Positions 15,888 through 25,062 of a DNA stretch of 64,000 nucleotides are shown here, piece after piece (position 1 is the stretch's first letter; each line of letters begins with the position of its first letter). The stretch spans positions 17,199-81,198 of the forward strand of contig JBKDXM010000033.1 of assembly GCA_046306335.1 (NCBI GenBank), written 5' to 3'. Origin of the DNA: Planctomycetota bacterium (lineage in GTDB: Bacteria; Planctomycetota; UBA1135; UBA2386). The notes beneath the pieces were generated by a model, which searched no databases, had not been told where the DNA came from, and saw only the letters and a program-made list of their open reading frames with translations. The position numbers and the translations under genes were made by a program.

Positions 15888-17186
15888 TTACCGACCGCCT
15901 TGGCCTTCGAGACGACGGCACGCCCGCCCCAGCCACCGCCCGAGCCACGCCCACAGCAACAGCACCGGCAGCGCTGCCGCGCACAGCCCGGCGTTGCCGA
16001 GTTGCGCGGCGCGCAGGCCTTCGCTGGCGCAGGCGCCGAGCAGGTCGCCAAAGCGCATGACCGCCGTGTCGACGACCGCCTTGGAGACGTACTTGGCCTC
16101 CGGATCGAGCGGCGTGTAGAGCACGTCGCGCGCCGGCTTGTCGAAGGCGAACTGCAGCGTCCGCCGACCCACCTCGATCGCCGCAGTGACGCCGGCGAAC
16201 GGCCAGATCGCCAGCGCAGTGAGGCCGAGCAGGCTGGCGACCGGCACCGCGCACAGCGCCGCGCCAACGCCCAGGAACAGCAGCACGCGGCTGGTCGCGA
16301 ACAACTGCAGCACGAGGCAGATCGCGTTGTACCACCAGTTCGCGGTCGCCTCGAGCGCGCGGCGCGCCGACTCGTCCGGCAGTTGCGCCTTCGTCAGCGT
16401 GATGCGCTGGAAGTAGAAAGTCGTCGCGACGACCGACGCGAGCAGCACGAACCCGGCGAGGCCGCGCAGGTACGGGTCGCGCAGGACGCGGCCGAGGCCT
16501 TGCGCGAACGAAGGCGGGTCGGCGAGCTGATGCCGGCGCGGCGCGCGGTCCATGCGACGGCACGCGCGCACGGACAACGCCCAGGCGCCGACCGCGCCCT
16601 CGACGCCGACCGCGGCACAACACAGCAGTTGCGCGTAGCTGGCGTCCTTCAGGTGCAGCGACGCCGACGAGCCCAGCATCGCGCCCAGCGTGCCGCCGAC
16701 GGCGATCAGGCCGAACAGCCGCTTGCCCTGCGCCAGCGAGAACCACTCGACCGCGTGCACCCACACCAGCGTGCTGCCGCCGACGACGAACGCCGACACC
16801 CAGGCGTAGAACACGGCATAGGCCCAGCCGCGCGCGCTGGCGAAGTCGAGTTCGCCGAGCTGCGCGCCGCCGCCGCGGTAGACGAACGCCAGCGCGACGA
16901 AGCTCGCGGCGAAGGCGTGCAGCGCATACGGCAGGAAGCGGTGCGACGGCAGGCGGCGGACCAGCGCGACGTAGGGCTGGTTGAGCAGCGTGACGAAGAG
17001 GAACGTCAGCGTGAACAGCGGCAGCAGCCGCGCCGGGCCGAAGGCGGCGCCGACGTTCTCGCGCAGCGGCCGCAGCAGGTAGTAGCTGAACAGCACGCAG
17101 AAGCACGCCACCGCCGTCCACAGCGCCGCGCGGCGCTCGGCCGCGGTCGCGTCGTGGAGGCGCAGGAGGCGCAACAGCGGCTGCAT
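15888..17186 (-). CDS. MFS-type transporter of the TLC (ATP/ADP-translocase-like) family
   Basis: ORF 15888..17354 trimmed to ATG 17186 (MQPLLRLLRL...). It has ~12 TM helices. The N-terminal motif FSYYLLRPLRENVG is characteristic of TLC/Npt-like MFS proteins, by recall. Confidence 0.65.
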   Translation of the reverse strand: MQPLLRLLRLHDATAAERRAALWTAVACFCVLFSYYLLRPLRENVGAAFGPARLLPLFTLTFLFVTLLNQPYVALVRRLPSHRFLPYALHAFAASFVALAFVYRGGGAQLGELDFASARGWAYAVFYAWVSAFVVGGSTLVWVHAVEWFSLAQGKRLFGLIAVGGTLGAMLGSSASLHLKDASYAQLLCCAAVGVEGAVGAWALSVRACRRMDRAPRRHQLADPPSFAQGLGRVLRDPYLRGLAGFVLLASVVATTFYFQRITLTKAQLPDESARRALEATANWWYNAICLVLQLFATSRVLLFLGVGAALCAVPVASLLGLTALAIWPFAGVTAAIEVGRRTLQFAFDKPARDVLYTPLDPEAKYVSKAVVDTAVMRFGDLLGACASEGLRAAQLGNAGLCAAALPVLLLWAWLGRWLGRACRRLEGQGGR

Positions 17187-17382
17187 CGGCGGAGAGGAGT
17201 AGGGGGTGGCGAGGGGTAAGGCCAGCCCACAGCCGCCGCGGAGCCGCGGCGCCCGTGCACCGCAACGCCAACATGCCACCGCGTCACCAACCCAACCCGC
17301 ATCCGCGCGCGCCCGGCGTCCGGCGATTCCCTCCGTCACCATCGTGCCCACCATTCCACCGCCCTATCGTCCCGCCCCACCG

Positions 17383-18294
17383 ATGCGCGGCCGCTACGCC
17401 CCCCACCTGATCCTGCTGTCCCTGATCGCGATCTGGAGCGCTTCGTTCGTCGTGTCGAAGGTCGCCCTGCGCGGGCTGTCGCCGAGCGGCCTCGTCGCCG
17501 CGCGCTTCTGGCTGGCCGTCGTCTGCCTGCTGCCGTTCCTCGGCCGCGATGCGCTCGCCGACCTGCGCCGGTCGATGCGGCCGGGCCTCGCCGCCGGCGT
17601 CGCGCTCGGCCTGGGCTACCTGCTGCAGATGGAAGGCATGACCGAGACCTCGGCGTCGATGGGCGGCCTGCTCGCCGGCCTGATCGTGCCGCTCGTCGCC
17701 GTCGGCGGCTTCGTGTTCTTCGGCGCGCGCCTGGGCGGCGTTTCGATCGTCGGGTTGCTGCTGGCGATCGCCGGCATGGTCGCCATCTGCTGGCCGGGCG
17801 AGAAGCAGCCGGGCGAACACCAGGACACGCTGTTCGGCATCCTGCTGCAGGTCGGCGCGTCGGCGAGCTACGCCGGGCACGTGCTGATGCTGTCGCGCTT
17901 TGGCCGCACGCAGCCGGTGGCGGCGCTGGCGTTCTGGCAGCTGCTGTTCGTCGCCGGGCTCGGCACCGGACTGGCGCTCGCGCACCACGGCGTCACGGCG
18001 GACGGACTGGGCGTCGGCGCGCTGGCGTGGACGACGGACCTGGCGTGGTCGCTGCTGTACCTCGGCGTGTTGGCGACGGCGGTCGGCATCGGCGTGCAGA
18101 GCAAGGTGCAGCACCTGGTGCCGCAGGCGCACGTGCCGCTGCTGTTCGCGATGCAGCCGCTGTTCGCCGCCGTGTGCGGCGCGGTGCTCCAGGGCGATCG
18201 GCTGGGGATGACGCAGTTCGTGGGTGGCGGACTGATCGTGGTCGGGGTCGTAGTGACGAGCTTCGACCGGGCGGGTGGGCGAGCGGACGAGTGA
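17383..18294 (+). CDS. DMT-superfamily (EamA-like) transporter
   Basis: ORF 17206..18294 trimmed to ATG 17383. It has ~10 TM helices in two EamA-like halves (LIAIWSASFVVSKVAL...; LLYLGVLATAVGIGVQSK...). Confidence 0.85.
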   Translation: MRGRYAPHLILLSLIAIWSASFVVSKVALRGLSPSGLVAARFWLAVVCLLPFLGRDALADLRRSMRPGLAAGVALGLGYLLQMEGMTETSASMGGLLAGLIVPLVAVGGFVFFGARLGGVSIVGLLLAIAGMVAICWPGEKQPGEHQDTLFGILLQVGASASYAGHVLMLSRFGRTQPVAALAFWQLLFVAGLGTGLALAHHGVTADGLGVGALAWTTDLAWSLLYLGVLATAVGIGVQSKVQHLVPQAHVPLLFAMQPLFAAVCGAVLQGDRLGMTQFVGGGLIVVGVVVTSFDRAGGRADE

Positions 18295-18384
18295 GGGTGC
18301 GGGTGCTGGGTGTGGGTGCTGGGTGTGCGGGTCGTTGGCGCTGCGGGTGACTGCGTCGGGGTGTGAGCGAGGAGGAACGCGAAC

Positions 18385-18537
18385 GCGGCGATGGGCGCGC
18401 CGCGACGGGGCGCAATGGACACGCGGCCAGAGACGGGGCGGGCGCAGCGGCGACGCCAACCGCAGCGGGGCAGGCTGCGAAGGCCTGGGAAGGGATAGGA
18501 AGCGCTGTGGAGCAGGCGGGCAACCAAGATGGAGCGG
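18385..18537 (+). repeat. Repeat family A, left arm flanking RAYT
   Basis: Compared by eye with the reverse complement of 19788..19942. Long identical blocks are present (GCGGCCAGAGACG, GGGCGCAGCGGCGACGCCAACCGCAGCGGGG, GAAGGCCTGGGA). Confidence 0.75.
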
Positions 18538-18594
18538 AGGCGATGGAGTGCTGACGCCGGCGACGGATGGGGTTGGAGAGGGGATGGCTGCATG

Positions 18595-18741
18595 GCGGCG
18601 GGGCGGCGGGGCGGCGGGGCGGAGCAGGACCGTCGGGTTGGGATCTCGGCCGACCGCAGGCGGCAGGCGACGGGCGGCGAGGCCGCAGGCGACGGGCGGC
18701 GGACGGCCGGCGGACGGCGGACGGCGGACGGCGGACGGCGA
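18595..18741 (+). repeat. G-rich short tandem repeats (GGCGGGGC x3; GCAGGCGACGGGCGGCG x2; GGCGGAC x4-5)
   Basis: Read directly: ggcggcggggcggcggggcggcggggcgg at 18595-18622 and ggcggacggcggacggcggacggcggacggcg at ~18708-18740. Several GGGG tracts occur on the + strand. Confidence 0.8.
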
Positions 18742-18796
18742 GGCCGGGCAGTGACGCCGTTGCGGCCTCCCATCCGAACGGATCGCGAACATGGCC

Positions 18797-18825
18797 TTGC
18801 TCTTGCGTCGCTCGGAGTGTATATG
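18797..18825 (+). promoter_or_regulatory. Candidate sigma70-like promoter of the RAYT gene
   Basis: TTGCTC (18797-18802), a 17-nt spacer, then TATATG (18820-18825), about 47 nt upstream of ATG 18873. It sits in a local AT-rich patch. An SD-like GGTGAGGTGA precedes the ATG. Confidence 0.3.
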
Positions 18826-18872
18826 TGCGAATTCAAATTGGCGGCAGCGGTTCGGGTTGGTGAGGTGACGCG

Positions 18873-19655
18873 ATGGGAAAGCAGGCAAGGGCGCGCGCGG
18901 CGGATGCAACGACGGGCGCGGGCGCTGGTTCTCGGCCGAAGGGGCGAGCGCGGACGCGGTCACCGGCCGGCCGGCGACCGGTGCAGGGCTCGTTGCCGTT
19001 CCGCCAGCATGGCGGCGCGCGCCCGGGCGCTGGGCGCAAGCCCAACGGCGCTGCGCCGTTGATGGCCCGGACGACGCGGCCCTCGCACGCCGCCTACCAC
19101 CCGGCGCTGGTGACCGTGAAGCTGCGGCAGCACCTGCCGCGGCTGCGCAACCGCAAGGAACGCGCGGCGTTGCTCACCCACTTCGCGCGCGGCAAGGACC
19201 GCTTCGGTTTCCGGCTGCTGCATTTCGCCATCCTCAACGACCATCTGCACTTCGTCGTCGAGGCCAAGGACCGCACCGCGCTCAGCCGCGGACTGCAGGG
19301 GCTGCTCATCCGGCTGGCGCGCGGGCTCAACAAGCTCTGGGGCCGCAAGGGGAAGGTCTTCGCCGACCGCTACCACGACCGCGCGCTCAAGAGCCCGCGC
19401 GAGGTGCGCAACGCGCTGGTCTACGTGCTGGGCAACGGCAGGAAGCACGCCGCACAGGGCCGCATGATCGCGGCGTTCGAGGGGCCGGACATGTTCACTT
19501 CGGCGCCGTGGTTCGACGGCTTCGTCGAAGCAATCGAGGTGCGCGGCATCGACGGCATCCCGCTGCCGGTCGCGCGGGCGCGTACGTGGCTGGCGAACGA
19601 CGGTTGGCGCAGGCTAGGGAAGATCGGACTGGAGGAGCAGCCGAAGGTCGGGTGA
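18873..19655 (+). CDS. REP-associated tyrosine transposase (RAYT; IS200/IS605-like Y1 HUH transposase family)
   Basis: ORF 18873..19655, 260 aa. The HUH motif is NDHLHFVVEA. The Tyr motif is ALVYVLGNGRKH. Conserved GKVFADRYHDRALKSPREVRNAL block is present. The N-terminus is Arg/Gly-rich. Confidence 0.8.
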   Translation: MGKQARARAADATTGAGAGSRPKGRARTRSPAGRRPVQGSLPFRQHGGARPGAGRKPNGAAPLMARTTRPSHAAYHPALVTVKLRQHLPRLRNRKERAALLTHFARGKDRFGFRLLHFAILNDHLHFVVEAKDRTALSRGLQGLLIRLARGLNKLWGRKGKVFADRYHDRALKSPREVRNALVYVLGNGRKHAAQGRMIAAFEGPDMFTSAPWFDGFVEAIEVRGIDGIPLPVARARTWLANDGWRRLGKIGLEEQPKVG

Positions 19656-19787
19656 CGAGCGTGGTGCGCAGCTGAGCCGGCCAAGCCGGCCAGAAACACT
19701 GCGGGCGAACTAAGGAGGCCAACCCCAGCGCCGCCGCTGCGAAGGCCTGGGAAGAGGGCAGCACATCGGGTGCCTGCGTACCCAAAC

Positions 19788-19942
19788 CGCTCCGACTTGG
19801 CCCGCCCCCCGCCGCGTCCCCCGCTCCTCATCCCTCCCAGGCCTTCGGAGCCGCCCCCCGCTGCGGTTGGCGTCGCCGCTGCGCCCACAACGTCTCTGGC
19901 CGCGGGTGCATGCCGCTCCGACTTGGCCCGCCCATCGCCGCC
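19788..19942 (-). repeat. Repeat family A, right arm flanking RAYT (inverted)
   Basis: It is the reverse complement of the left arm. In addition, the right flank holds an internal inverted pair, GCTGCGAAGGCCTGGGAAGAGGG (19735-19757) / CCCTCCCAGGCCTTCGGAGC (19832-19851). Confidence 0.75.
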
Positions 19943-19979
19943 TCCCCCGCACCCGTCCCTGCCGCTCCGCCCCCCTCCG

Positions 19980-20804
19980 TCACCCCAGCGCCAGCCCAAA
20001 CGCCACCGCCATCGGCACGCCCAACCACAGGCCCGCGCCGAGCCCCCACCACGCGGGGCGCTTGGCCGCGGTCGGCTGCAGCAACAGCAGGCCGAACGGC
20101 GCCACGGCGGCGGCGAGCGCGGCGGGTTTGGGCAGGTCGGCAAGGTGCGTGCCGACGCCGACGAACAGCACGTGCGCGAGCGCGAGGCAGCCGCCGTCCG
20201 CCGGCCCGAGCGCGAAGGGCCGCCGCCACAGCGCGGTGCCGGCGGCAGCACCGACGGCGGCCGCACAGGCACCGCACAGTTGCGCCAGCAACCCGCTGCG
20301 CGCGACCGTCAGCAGCACGGCGTCGGCGCTCAACAGGGCCGACCACACCACCGCCGGCAGCGTCGTCGCCGGCGCGTTCGCCATCGACCTGCGGCCGGCC
20401 AGCGTCGCCAGCACGGCCAGCAAACCGCCGCCGCCGACGTGCAGGAAGACGTCGGCGTTGCTCCAGCGCAGCGCCAGCTTCTGCAGCACGAAGAACACCG
20501 CGCCCGCCGCCAGCAGCGCCGCGACCACCGCGGCGACCCTGCCGCGCAGCACACGGAATCCCTCCAGCGTGGCGAGCACGCCGGCGGCGACGAGCGCCCA
20601 GACCAGCCACTGCCGGCCATCGGGCTGCGCCCACAGTTCGTGCGGCCACGCCGGCTGCGCCTTCAGCAGCCAGAAGGCGACGAACACGCCGACGGCCAGC
20701 GCGAGGCCGTGCAGGCGGGAGCCCAGCGCGCCGACGAGCAGCAGCGCCGCCGCGATCGGCGGCAGCGTGCCCTTCAGCACGACGATCGGATCGGGCAGTT
20801 CCAC
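19980..20804 (-). CDS. Polytopic membrane protein, unknown function
   Basis: ORF 19980..20804, 274 aa, with ~7-8 hydrophobic helices and high GC3. Its start lies 5 nt after the yceI-like stop. Confidence 0.6.
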   Translation of the reverse strand: MELPDPIVVLKGTLPPIAAALLLVGALGSRLHGLALAVGVFVAFWLLKAQPAWPHELWAQPDGRQWLVWALVAAGVLATLEGFRVLRGRVAAVVAALLAAGAVFFVLQKLALRWSNADVFLHVGGGGLLAVLATLAGRRSMANAPATTLPAVVWSALLSADAVLLTVARSGLLAQLCGACAAAVGAAAGTALWRRPFALGPADGGCLALAHVLFVGVGTHLADLPKPAALAAAVAPFGLLLLQPTAAKRPAWWGLGAGLWLGVPMAVAFGLALG

Positions 20805-20808
20805 CGGC

Positions 20809-21393
20809 TCACTTCGCCGGGACGAGCGCGAGGTCGAAGCGCAGCATCACCTCGTCGCCGAGTGCGCCGCCGTCGACGCCGTAGGTCATGCCGAAGTCGC
20901 TGCGCTTGACCGTGAACTCGCTGCTGTAGCCAACGCGCTTGCCCTTCCTCTCGGAGGCGCCGACCTTCTGCGCGACGATCGTGATCGCCTTGCTCTTGCC
21001 GGCCATCGCCAGCTCGCCGGCGATCTCCAGGTCGTCGCCCTTGGCCTTCACCGACGTGCTGGTGAAGGTGATCTCCGGGTTCTCCTTGGCGTTGAAGAAG
21101 TCGGCGTTCTTCAGGTGGTCGTCGCGGCCCTCGCTGTTGGTGTCGACGCTGTCGACCGGGATCGCGATCTTGACGCTGCCGGCCTCCGGCTTGCTCGGGT
21201 CGAGCGTCACCGTGCCGGCGACGCGGTCGAACGCACCGGTGAACCACGAGGCGCTCATGTGCTTGATGCGGAACGTCACGCTGCTGTGGCCGCCGTCGAC
21301 GGCCCAGTCATTGGGGCCGGCAGCGTCCCCCGACGAGGTCGCAGGCAGGCAGACGAGGGCGAGGGCGAAGGGGACGGCGAGCAGGATCTTCAT
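20809..21393 (-). CDS. YceI-family periplasmic polyisoprenoid-binding protein
   Basis: ORF 20809..21477 trimmed to ATG 21393 (signal peptide MKILLAVPFALALVCLPA). YceI motifs are present: VDGGHSSVTFRIKHM and VDSVDTNSEGRDDHLKNADFFNAKENPEITF. Confidence 0.9.
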   Translation of the reverse strand: MKILLAVPFALALVCLPATSSGDAAGPNDWAVDGGHSSVTFRIKHMSASWFTGAFDRVAGTVTLDPSKPEAGSVKIAIPVDSVDTNSEGRDDHLKNADFFNAKENPEITFTSTSVKAKGDDLEIAGELAMAGKSKAITIVAQKVGASERKGKRVGYSSEFTVKRSDFGMTYGVDGGALGDEVMLRFDLALVPAK

Positions 21394-21420
21394 GGTTCGG
21401 AGTATGGCGACGGTCGGACG

Positions 21421-21461
21421 AAAACGCGCGCGCGGTCTGGCACGGCGGCCATGCGCGCACG
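21421..21461 (-). terminator. Possible intrinsic terminator after the 1181-aa gene
   Basis: Minus-sense CGUGCGCGC...(19-nt loop)...GCGCGCGCG is followed by UUUUCG. The arms are at 21453-21461 and 21425-21433 and the T-tract at 21421-21424. The large loop lowers confidence. Confidence 0.3.
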
Positions 21462-21489
21462 AGGGCGGCGCGGCCACGCGGCCGCGGCG

Positions 21490-24400
21490 TCACGGCAACA
21501 CGCCGCAGACCGCGGAAGACTCCCCGTCGGCCTCGTACTCACCCAGCCGGAACACGATCGTCCGGTAGTTGCGGATGTCGAGCACGGCGAGCGACTGGAT
21601 GGCGCGCAGGGCCATCAGGTCGCGGCGCACCGCCGGCCCGAGCGCGGCCGCCCGGCGCAACGTCGCGTCGCAGGCTTCGTCCGGCGACGCCCCCGGCGGC
21701 AGCGCCCGCCACGCATCGACGACCGCGCGCGCGCCGCCGAGGTCGGCGTTGTAGGCGGCGCGCAGGGCGCGCAACTCGACTGCGGCGAGCCCGCGCGGAT
21801 GGCGCTGGGCCCAGGCGTCGACCGGGTGGCGGACGCAGAGGCCGCGCAGCGCCAGCCAGACCCGCTGCGCCATGCCGTCGCCGACGCCCTGGCGGACGAG
21901 TTGCACCGTCGACTCGGCCAGCCACCGTTCGGCCCGGGCGAGCGTGCGGCAGCGGTCGACGTCGCACAGCCACGCCATCGTCGCCGCCTGCTCGCCCGCT
22001 GCGTCGCCGCACGCCAGCGGCCGCGCCGCCTGCCGCGCGTGCAGCGCCGTCACCTGCGCCCGCGCCGCCGCGGCCAGTTCGCGCAGCTGCGCGGCGTCGC
22101 GCTCCCGCACGTGCAGGAAGCGCAGGTCGCGCTCGCACGGCGGCTCGGCCGCGAACGCCGCGTCCGCCGACCAACCCGCCGGCGCGCCGGCGTACCCGGG
22201 GTCGAGCAGGAGGCGCATGCGGATCGCCTCCAGCAGCCCCGGCGCCTTCATGCGGTGGATCTTGCGCAGCGCCACCGCGATCGGCGCCTCGCCGGCCTCG
22301 CGCCGCTGCATCGCCAGCTCCGGATCGAGCACCTCGCGGACGACCTGCCGCACGCGGCCGACGAGCCAGCCGAGCGACCGCAGCGTGCGCCACGCCAGCA
22401 GCAGCGGCAGCAGCAGCACGCGGCCGCGCGACAGCCGCCGGCGGAAGAAGCGCAGCGGGTTGAAGCTGCGGTCGTGCTTGGGCAGCCGGTGCACGGGCCG
22501 CGTGCCGAAGACCTCGCGCACCATCTTGCGCCGGTCGGCGCGCAGCACGGCCAGCACCTCGTCGCCGAACACCGCCGCGAGGTGGCGGTCGCGCTCGGGG
22601 TCGCCGCCGACGAAGTCGAGCGCCGTGAACTCGGCCGCCGGGTAGGCGACGTCGGCGCGCGGCAGGCGCTCCTTCAGCGTGCGCCCGCCGCGCGGGTCGC
22701 GGCGGCGCGCCAGCCAGTCCGCCATCGCCGCCTTCGCCGCGGGCGAGGCCACGGCGAGCTCGGCGAGCGGGATGCAGTAGCGGTTGTAGCCGGCGATGCG
22801 CTTGGCGGCCTCGACGGCGAGGCTCTCGGTGATGAAGCGGAACCAGAGGAACGGCCCGCGCAGGATCGTGCCGTCGTCGAGCTTGAGGTCGCGCAGGCGC
22901 TTGCGGGCGCGCGCGTCGAGGCCGAGGAACGCCTGCCGCAGGTTCTCCAGCGACTGGCTGGCGAGCAGCTGCTCGGTCGTCTGCACGTCGCTGGCGTGCA
23001 GCGGCGCGCCGTCGAGGTAGTGCAGGTAGAGCAGGATCGCGCGGTTGGCCTCGTGGCGGACCCACTCGGGCACGCCGTCGCCGGCGACCGGCACGCCGGT
23101 GCGCGCGCAGGCGAGCTGCGCCGCCAACTGGCCGCGCGCCGCCGCCGCACCGTCGGGGCCGAACACGCGGCGGGCGAGGAAGTCGAGGTCCTCCGCTTCG
23201 TGCCGGTTCTTCTCGCGCTCCAGCTGCGAGAGGAAGTGCGCCTCGCTGGTCAGCCGGTAGGCCTCGGAGGCCTGCCCGGCGAGGCGCTTGAGCCAATGGC
23301 CGACCAGCAGCAGCACGAGGCAGACGGCGCCGAGCAGGTACAGCGACCGGCTGAAGGTGGCGATGCCGAGCAGCGAGAACACGCCGCCGAACAGGATCAG
23401 GCGCACCGCCGGCCGCTGCGTCGCCTTGACCAGCGCCGAAGCGAAGCGGTCGAGGATCTGCGGCCCGGTGACGATGCCGTGCAGGTCGGCGAAGAACAGC
23501 ATCCGGTCGTGCCAGCCGTCGAGCTGCGCGGCGAGCCGCCGCGCCGCCGCGACGACGCGCTCCTCCGGCGTCGCCGGCAGTGGATGCACCGCGAGGCGCG
23601 CGACGAGCGGCAGCCCGCGCACCGGCCACGCCGACAGCACGCGCACGACGCGGTCGAGCGCCTGCACGTCGGCGGACCGCAGCCAGCGACCGAGGTCCTG
23701 CGGCCGCAGCGCCCACAGCGCCGCGATGGCGTCGGCGATCGGCAGGTCGCGGCCGGCGGCGGCGTCGACGCGGCGCGGCCGCGGTCCGGCGACGACGGCC
23801 TGCGTCGCCGCGCGCACGGCGAGGCCGCGGACGGCGACGGCGGCGCGGCGCTCGTCGGCCGGCGCCAGCGCCAGCAGTTCGTGCTCGCGCCGCAGCAGCG
23901 CGAACAGCAGGTCGCGCTCGTCCTCCTGCGGTTCGGTGCGGCCGATGTCGGCGGCCGCGGGTACGAACACGAACTCGCGGTTGAGCAGCGGCGCGAAGCG
24001 CGCGACGAGGCCGTCGAGGCCGCGCACCAGGAACAGGAGCAAGCGCGCCGAACGCACGATCGGCCGCAGCGACTGCACGTAGCGCGCCGCCCAGGTGACG
24101 CGCAGCAGCCGCAGCACGCGCACCGCGACGAGCCCGTCGGCGGCGGCGATCGCCGACGGCGTCGGCAGCAGGAACAGCACCGCCGGGATCGCCGGCACGA
24201 GGTCGGTCAGCGCGTTGCGCGCGAACCACGACCAGCGCGCCGGGTGCAGCACGAGCTCGAAGGCGAAGTCGGCGATGAAGAACAGGCACGCCAGCGCGTC
24301 GACCCAGTGCAGCGCCGCGAGCCAGCCGTCGGGCAGCTCGACCGTCGCCTCGACGACGAGCGTCGTCAGCACGACGAGCAGCAGCGCGAAGTTCGCCGTC

Positions 24401-25035
24401 TCCAGCGCGGCGACGCCGCGGCGGCCGAGCCGCTGGTCGAGGCGGCGCGCGAGTTCGCGGTCGTCGGCGGCGCGGCGCAAGCGGCGGCCGAGTCGCCGGC
24501 AGGCGAGCGAGCCGGTGCGCGCCGCCAGCTTCTGCAGCGCCGTCGCGGTGCACGCGAGCAGCAGCGGTTGGTGCGCCAGCGGCACGTCGTCGATCGCGGT
24601 CGCCAGCAGCGCGAAGCGTTCGTTGGCCTCCTGGTCGACGGCCGCGTCGACCGGCAGGCGGCCGACCGCGTCGTCGAGCGCCGTCGCGCACGCCGCGGCG
24701 AGCGCGGCCTCGTCGGCGGCGAGCGCCGCGGCGCGCACCTCGGCGAGGTCGCAGACGACGGCGGCGTCGACCGGCCCCTGCTGCAGCCAGCGCAGGCGCG
24801 CCGCGAGCCACTCGCGCCGGCCGGCGGCGAAGTCGTCGGCGGGCAGGCCGAGCGCGTCCCATTGGCGCGCGAGCCAGCGCACCTCGACGGCGAGCAGTTC
24901 GGCGGCGAGCGGTCCAGCGCCCGCGCGCGCGGCGCGCAGCGCGGCGAGGTCCGCGGCGTGCCCGGCGGGCGACGCCGCCGCGCCGTACAGCGCGGCGCGC
25001 AACTGCTCCAGGCTCGGCAGCGAAGGCGTGGTCAT
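21490..25035 (-). CDS. Large (1181 aa) membrane protein with a voltage-sensor-like S1-S4 domain, no recognisable pore, and long uncharacterised cytoplasmic regions
   Basis: ORF 21490..25035 has normal amino-acid composition, unlike the overlapping frames. S2 is FFIADFAFELVLH. S3 is NALTDLVPAIPAVLF. S4 is VRVLRLLRVTWAARY. A later TM hairpin is RLILFGGVFSLLGIATF-SRS-LYLLGAVCLVLLLVG. I recognise no further domains. Confidence 0.7.
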   Translation of the reverse strand: MTTPSLPSLEQLRAALYGAAASPAGHAADLAALRAARAGAGPLAAELLAVEVRWLARQWDALGLPADDFAAGRREWLAARLRWLQQGPVDAAVVCDLAEVRAAALAADEAALAAACATALDDAVGRLPVDAAVDQEANERFALLATAIDDVPLAHQPLLLACTATALQKLAARTGSLACRRLGRRLRRAADDRELARRLDQRLGRRGVAALETANFALLLVVLTTLVVEATVELPDGWLAALHWVDALACLFFIADFAFELVLHPARWSWFARNALTDLVPAIPAVLFLLPTPSAIAAADGLVAVRVLRLLRVTWAARYVQSLRPIVRSARLLLFLVRGLDGLVARFAPLLNREFVFVPAAADIGRTEPQEDERDLLFALLRREHELLALAPADERRAAVAVRGLAVRAATQAVVAGPRPRRVDAAAGRDLPIADAIAALWALRPQDLGRWLRSADVQALDRVVRVLSAWPVRGLPLVARLAVHPLPATPEERVVAAARRLAAQLDGWHDRMLFFADLHGIVTGPQILDRFASALVKATQRPAVRLILFGGVFSLLGIATFSRSLYLLGAVCLVLLLVGHWLKRLAGQASEAYRLTSEAHFLSQLEREKNRHEAEDLDFLARRVFGPDGAAAARGQLAAQLACARTGVPVAGDGVPEWVRHEANRAILLYLHYLDGAPLHASDVQTTEQLLASQSLENLRQAFLGLDARARKRLRDLKLDDGTILRGPFLWFRFITESLAVEAAKRIAGYNRYCIPLAELAVASPAAKAAMADWLARRRDPRGGRTLKERLPRADVAYPAAEFTALDFVGGDPERDRHLAAVFGDEVLAVLRADRRKMVREVFGTRPVHRLPKHDRSFNPLRFFRRRLSRGRVLLLPLLLAWRTLRSLGWLVGRVRQVVREVLDPELAMQRREAGEAPIAVALRKIHRMKAPGLLEAIRMRLLLDPGYAGAPAGWSADAAFAAEPPCERDLRFLHVRERDAAQLRELAAAARAQVTALHARQAARPLACGDAAGEQAATMAWLCDVDRCRTLARAERWLAESTVQLVRQGVGDGMAQRVWLALRGLCVRHPVDAWAQRHPRGLAAVELRALRAAYNADLGGARAVVDAWRALPPGASPDEACDATLRRAAALGPAVRRDLMALRAIQSLAVLDIRNYRTIVFRLGEYEADGESSAVCGVLP

Positions 25036-25062
25036 CGGCCGCGGTGCGGGCGCGCGATCCTA

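Larger units (their letters stand above)
18385..19942 (+). mobile_element. RAYT unit: IS200-like Y1 transposase gene bracketed by ~150-bp imperfect inverted repeats (REP/REPIN-like)
   Basis: The left arm (18385..18537) is the reverse complement of the right arm (19788..19942). The best-conserved core is GGCGCAGCGGCGACGCCAACCGCAGCGGGG..GC.GAAGGCCTGGGA (18441..18495 vs 19831..19886). Confidence 0.7.

Noticed and set aside
14039-16267. 742-aa ORF read as one protein
   Set aside because: The upstream 257 codons run through the family-B repeat and the antisense 3' end of the TLC transporter gene, and they are R/A/S-rich. The plausible protein starts at ATG 15496 with a TM helix.
18595-18741. Tandem repeats checked as a possible CRISPR array (the same check was made at 48945..49001)
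   Set aside because: The units are 7-17 nt and directly abutting, with no unique spacers. These are microsatellite-like repeats, not CRISPR.
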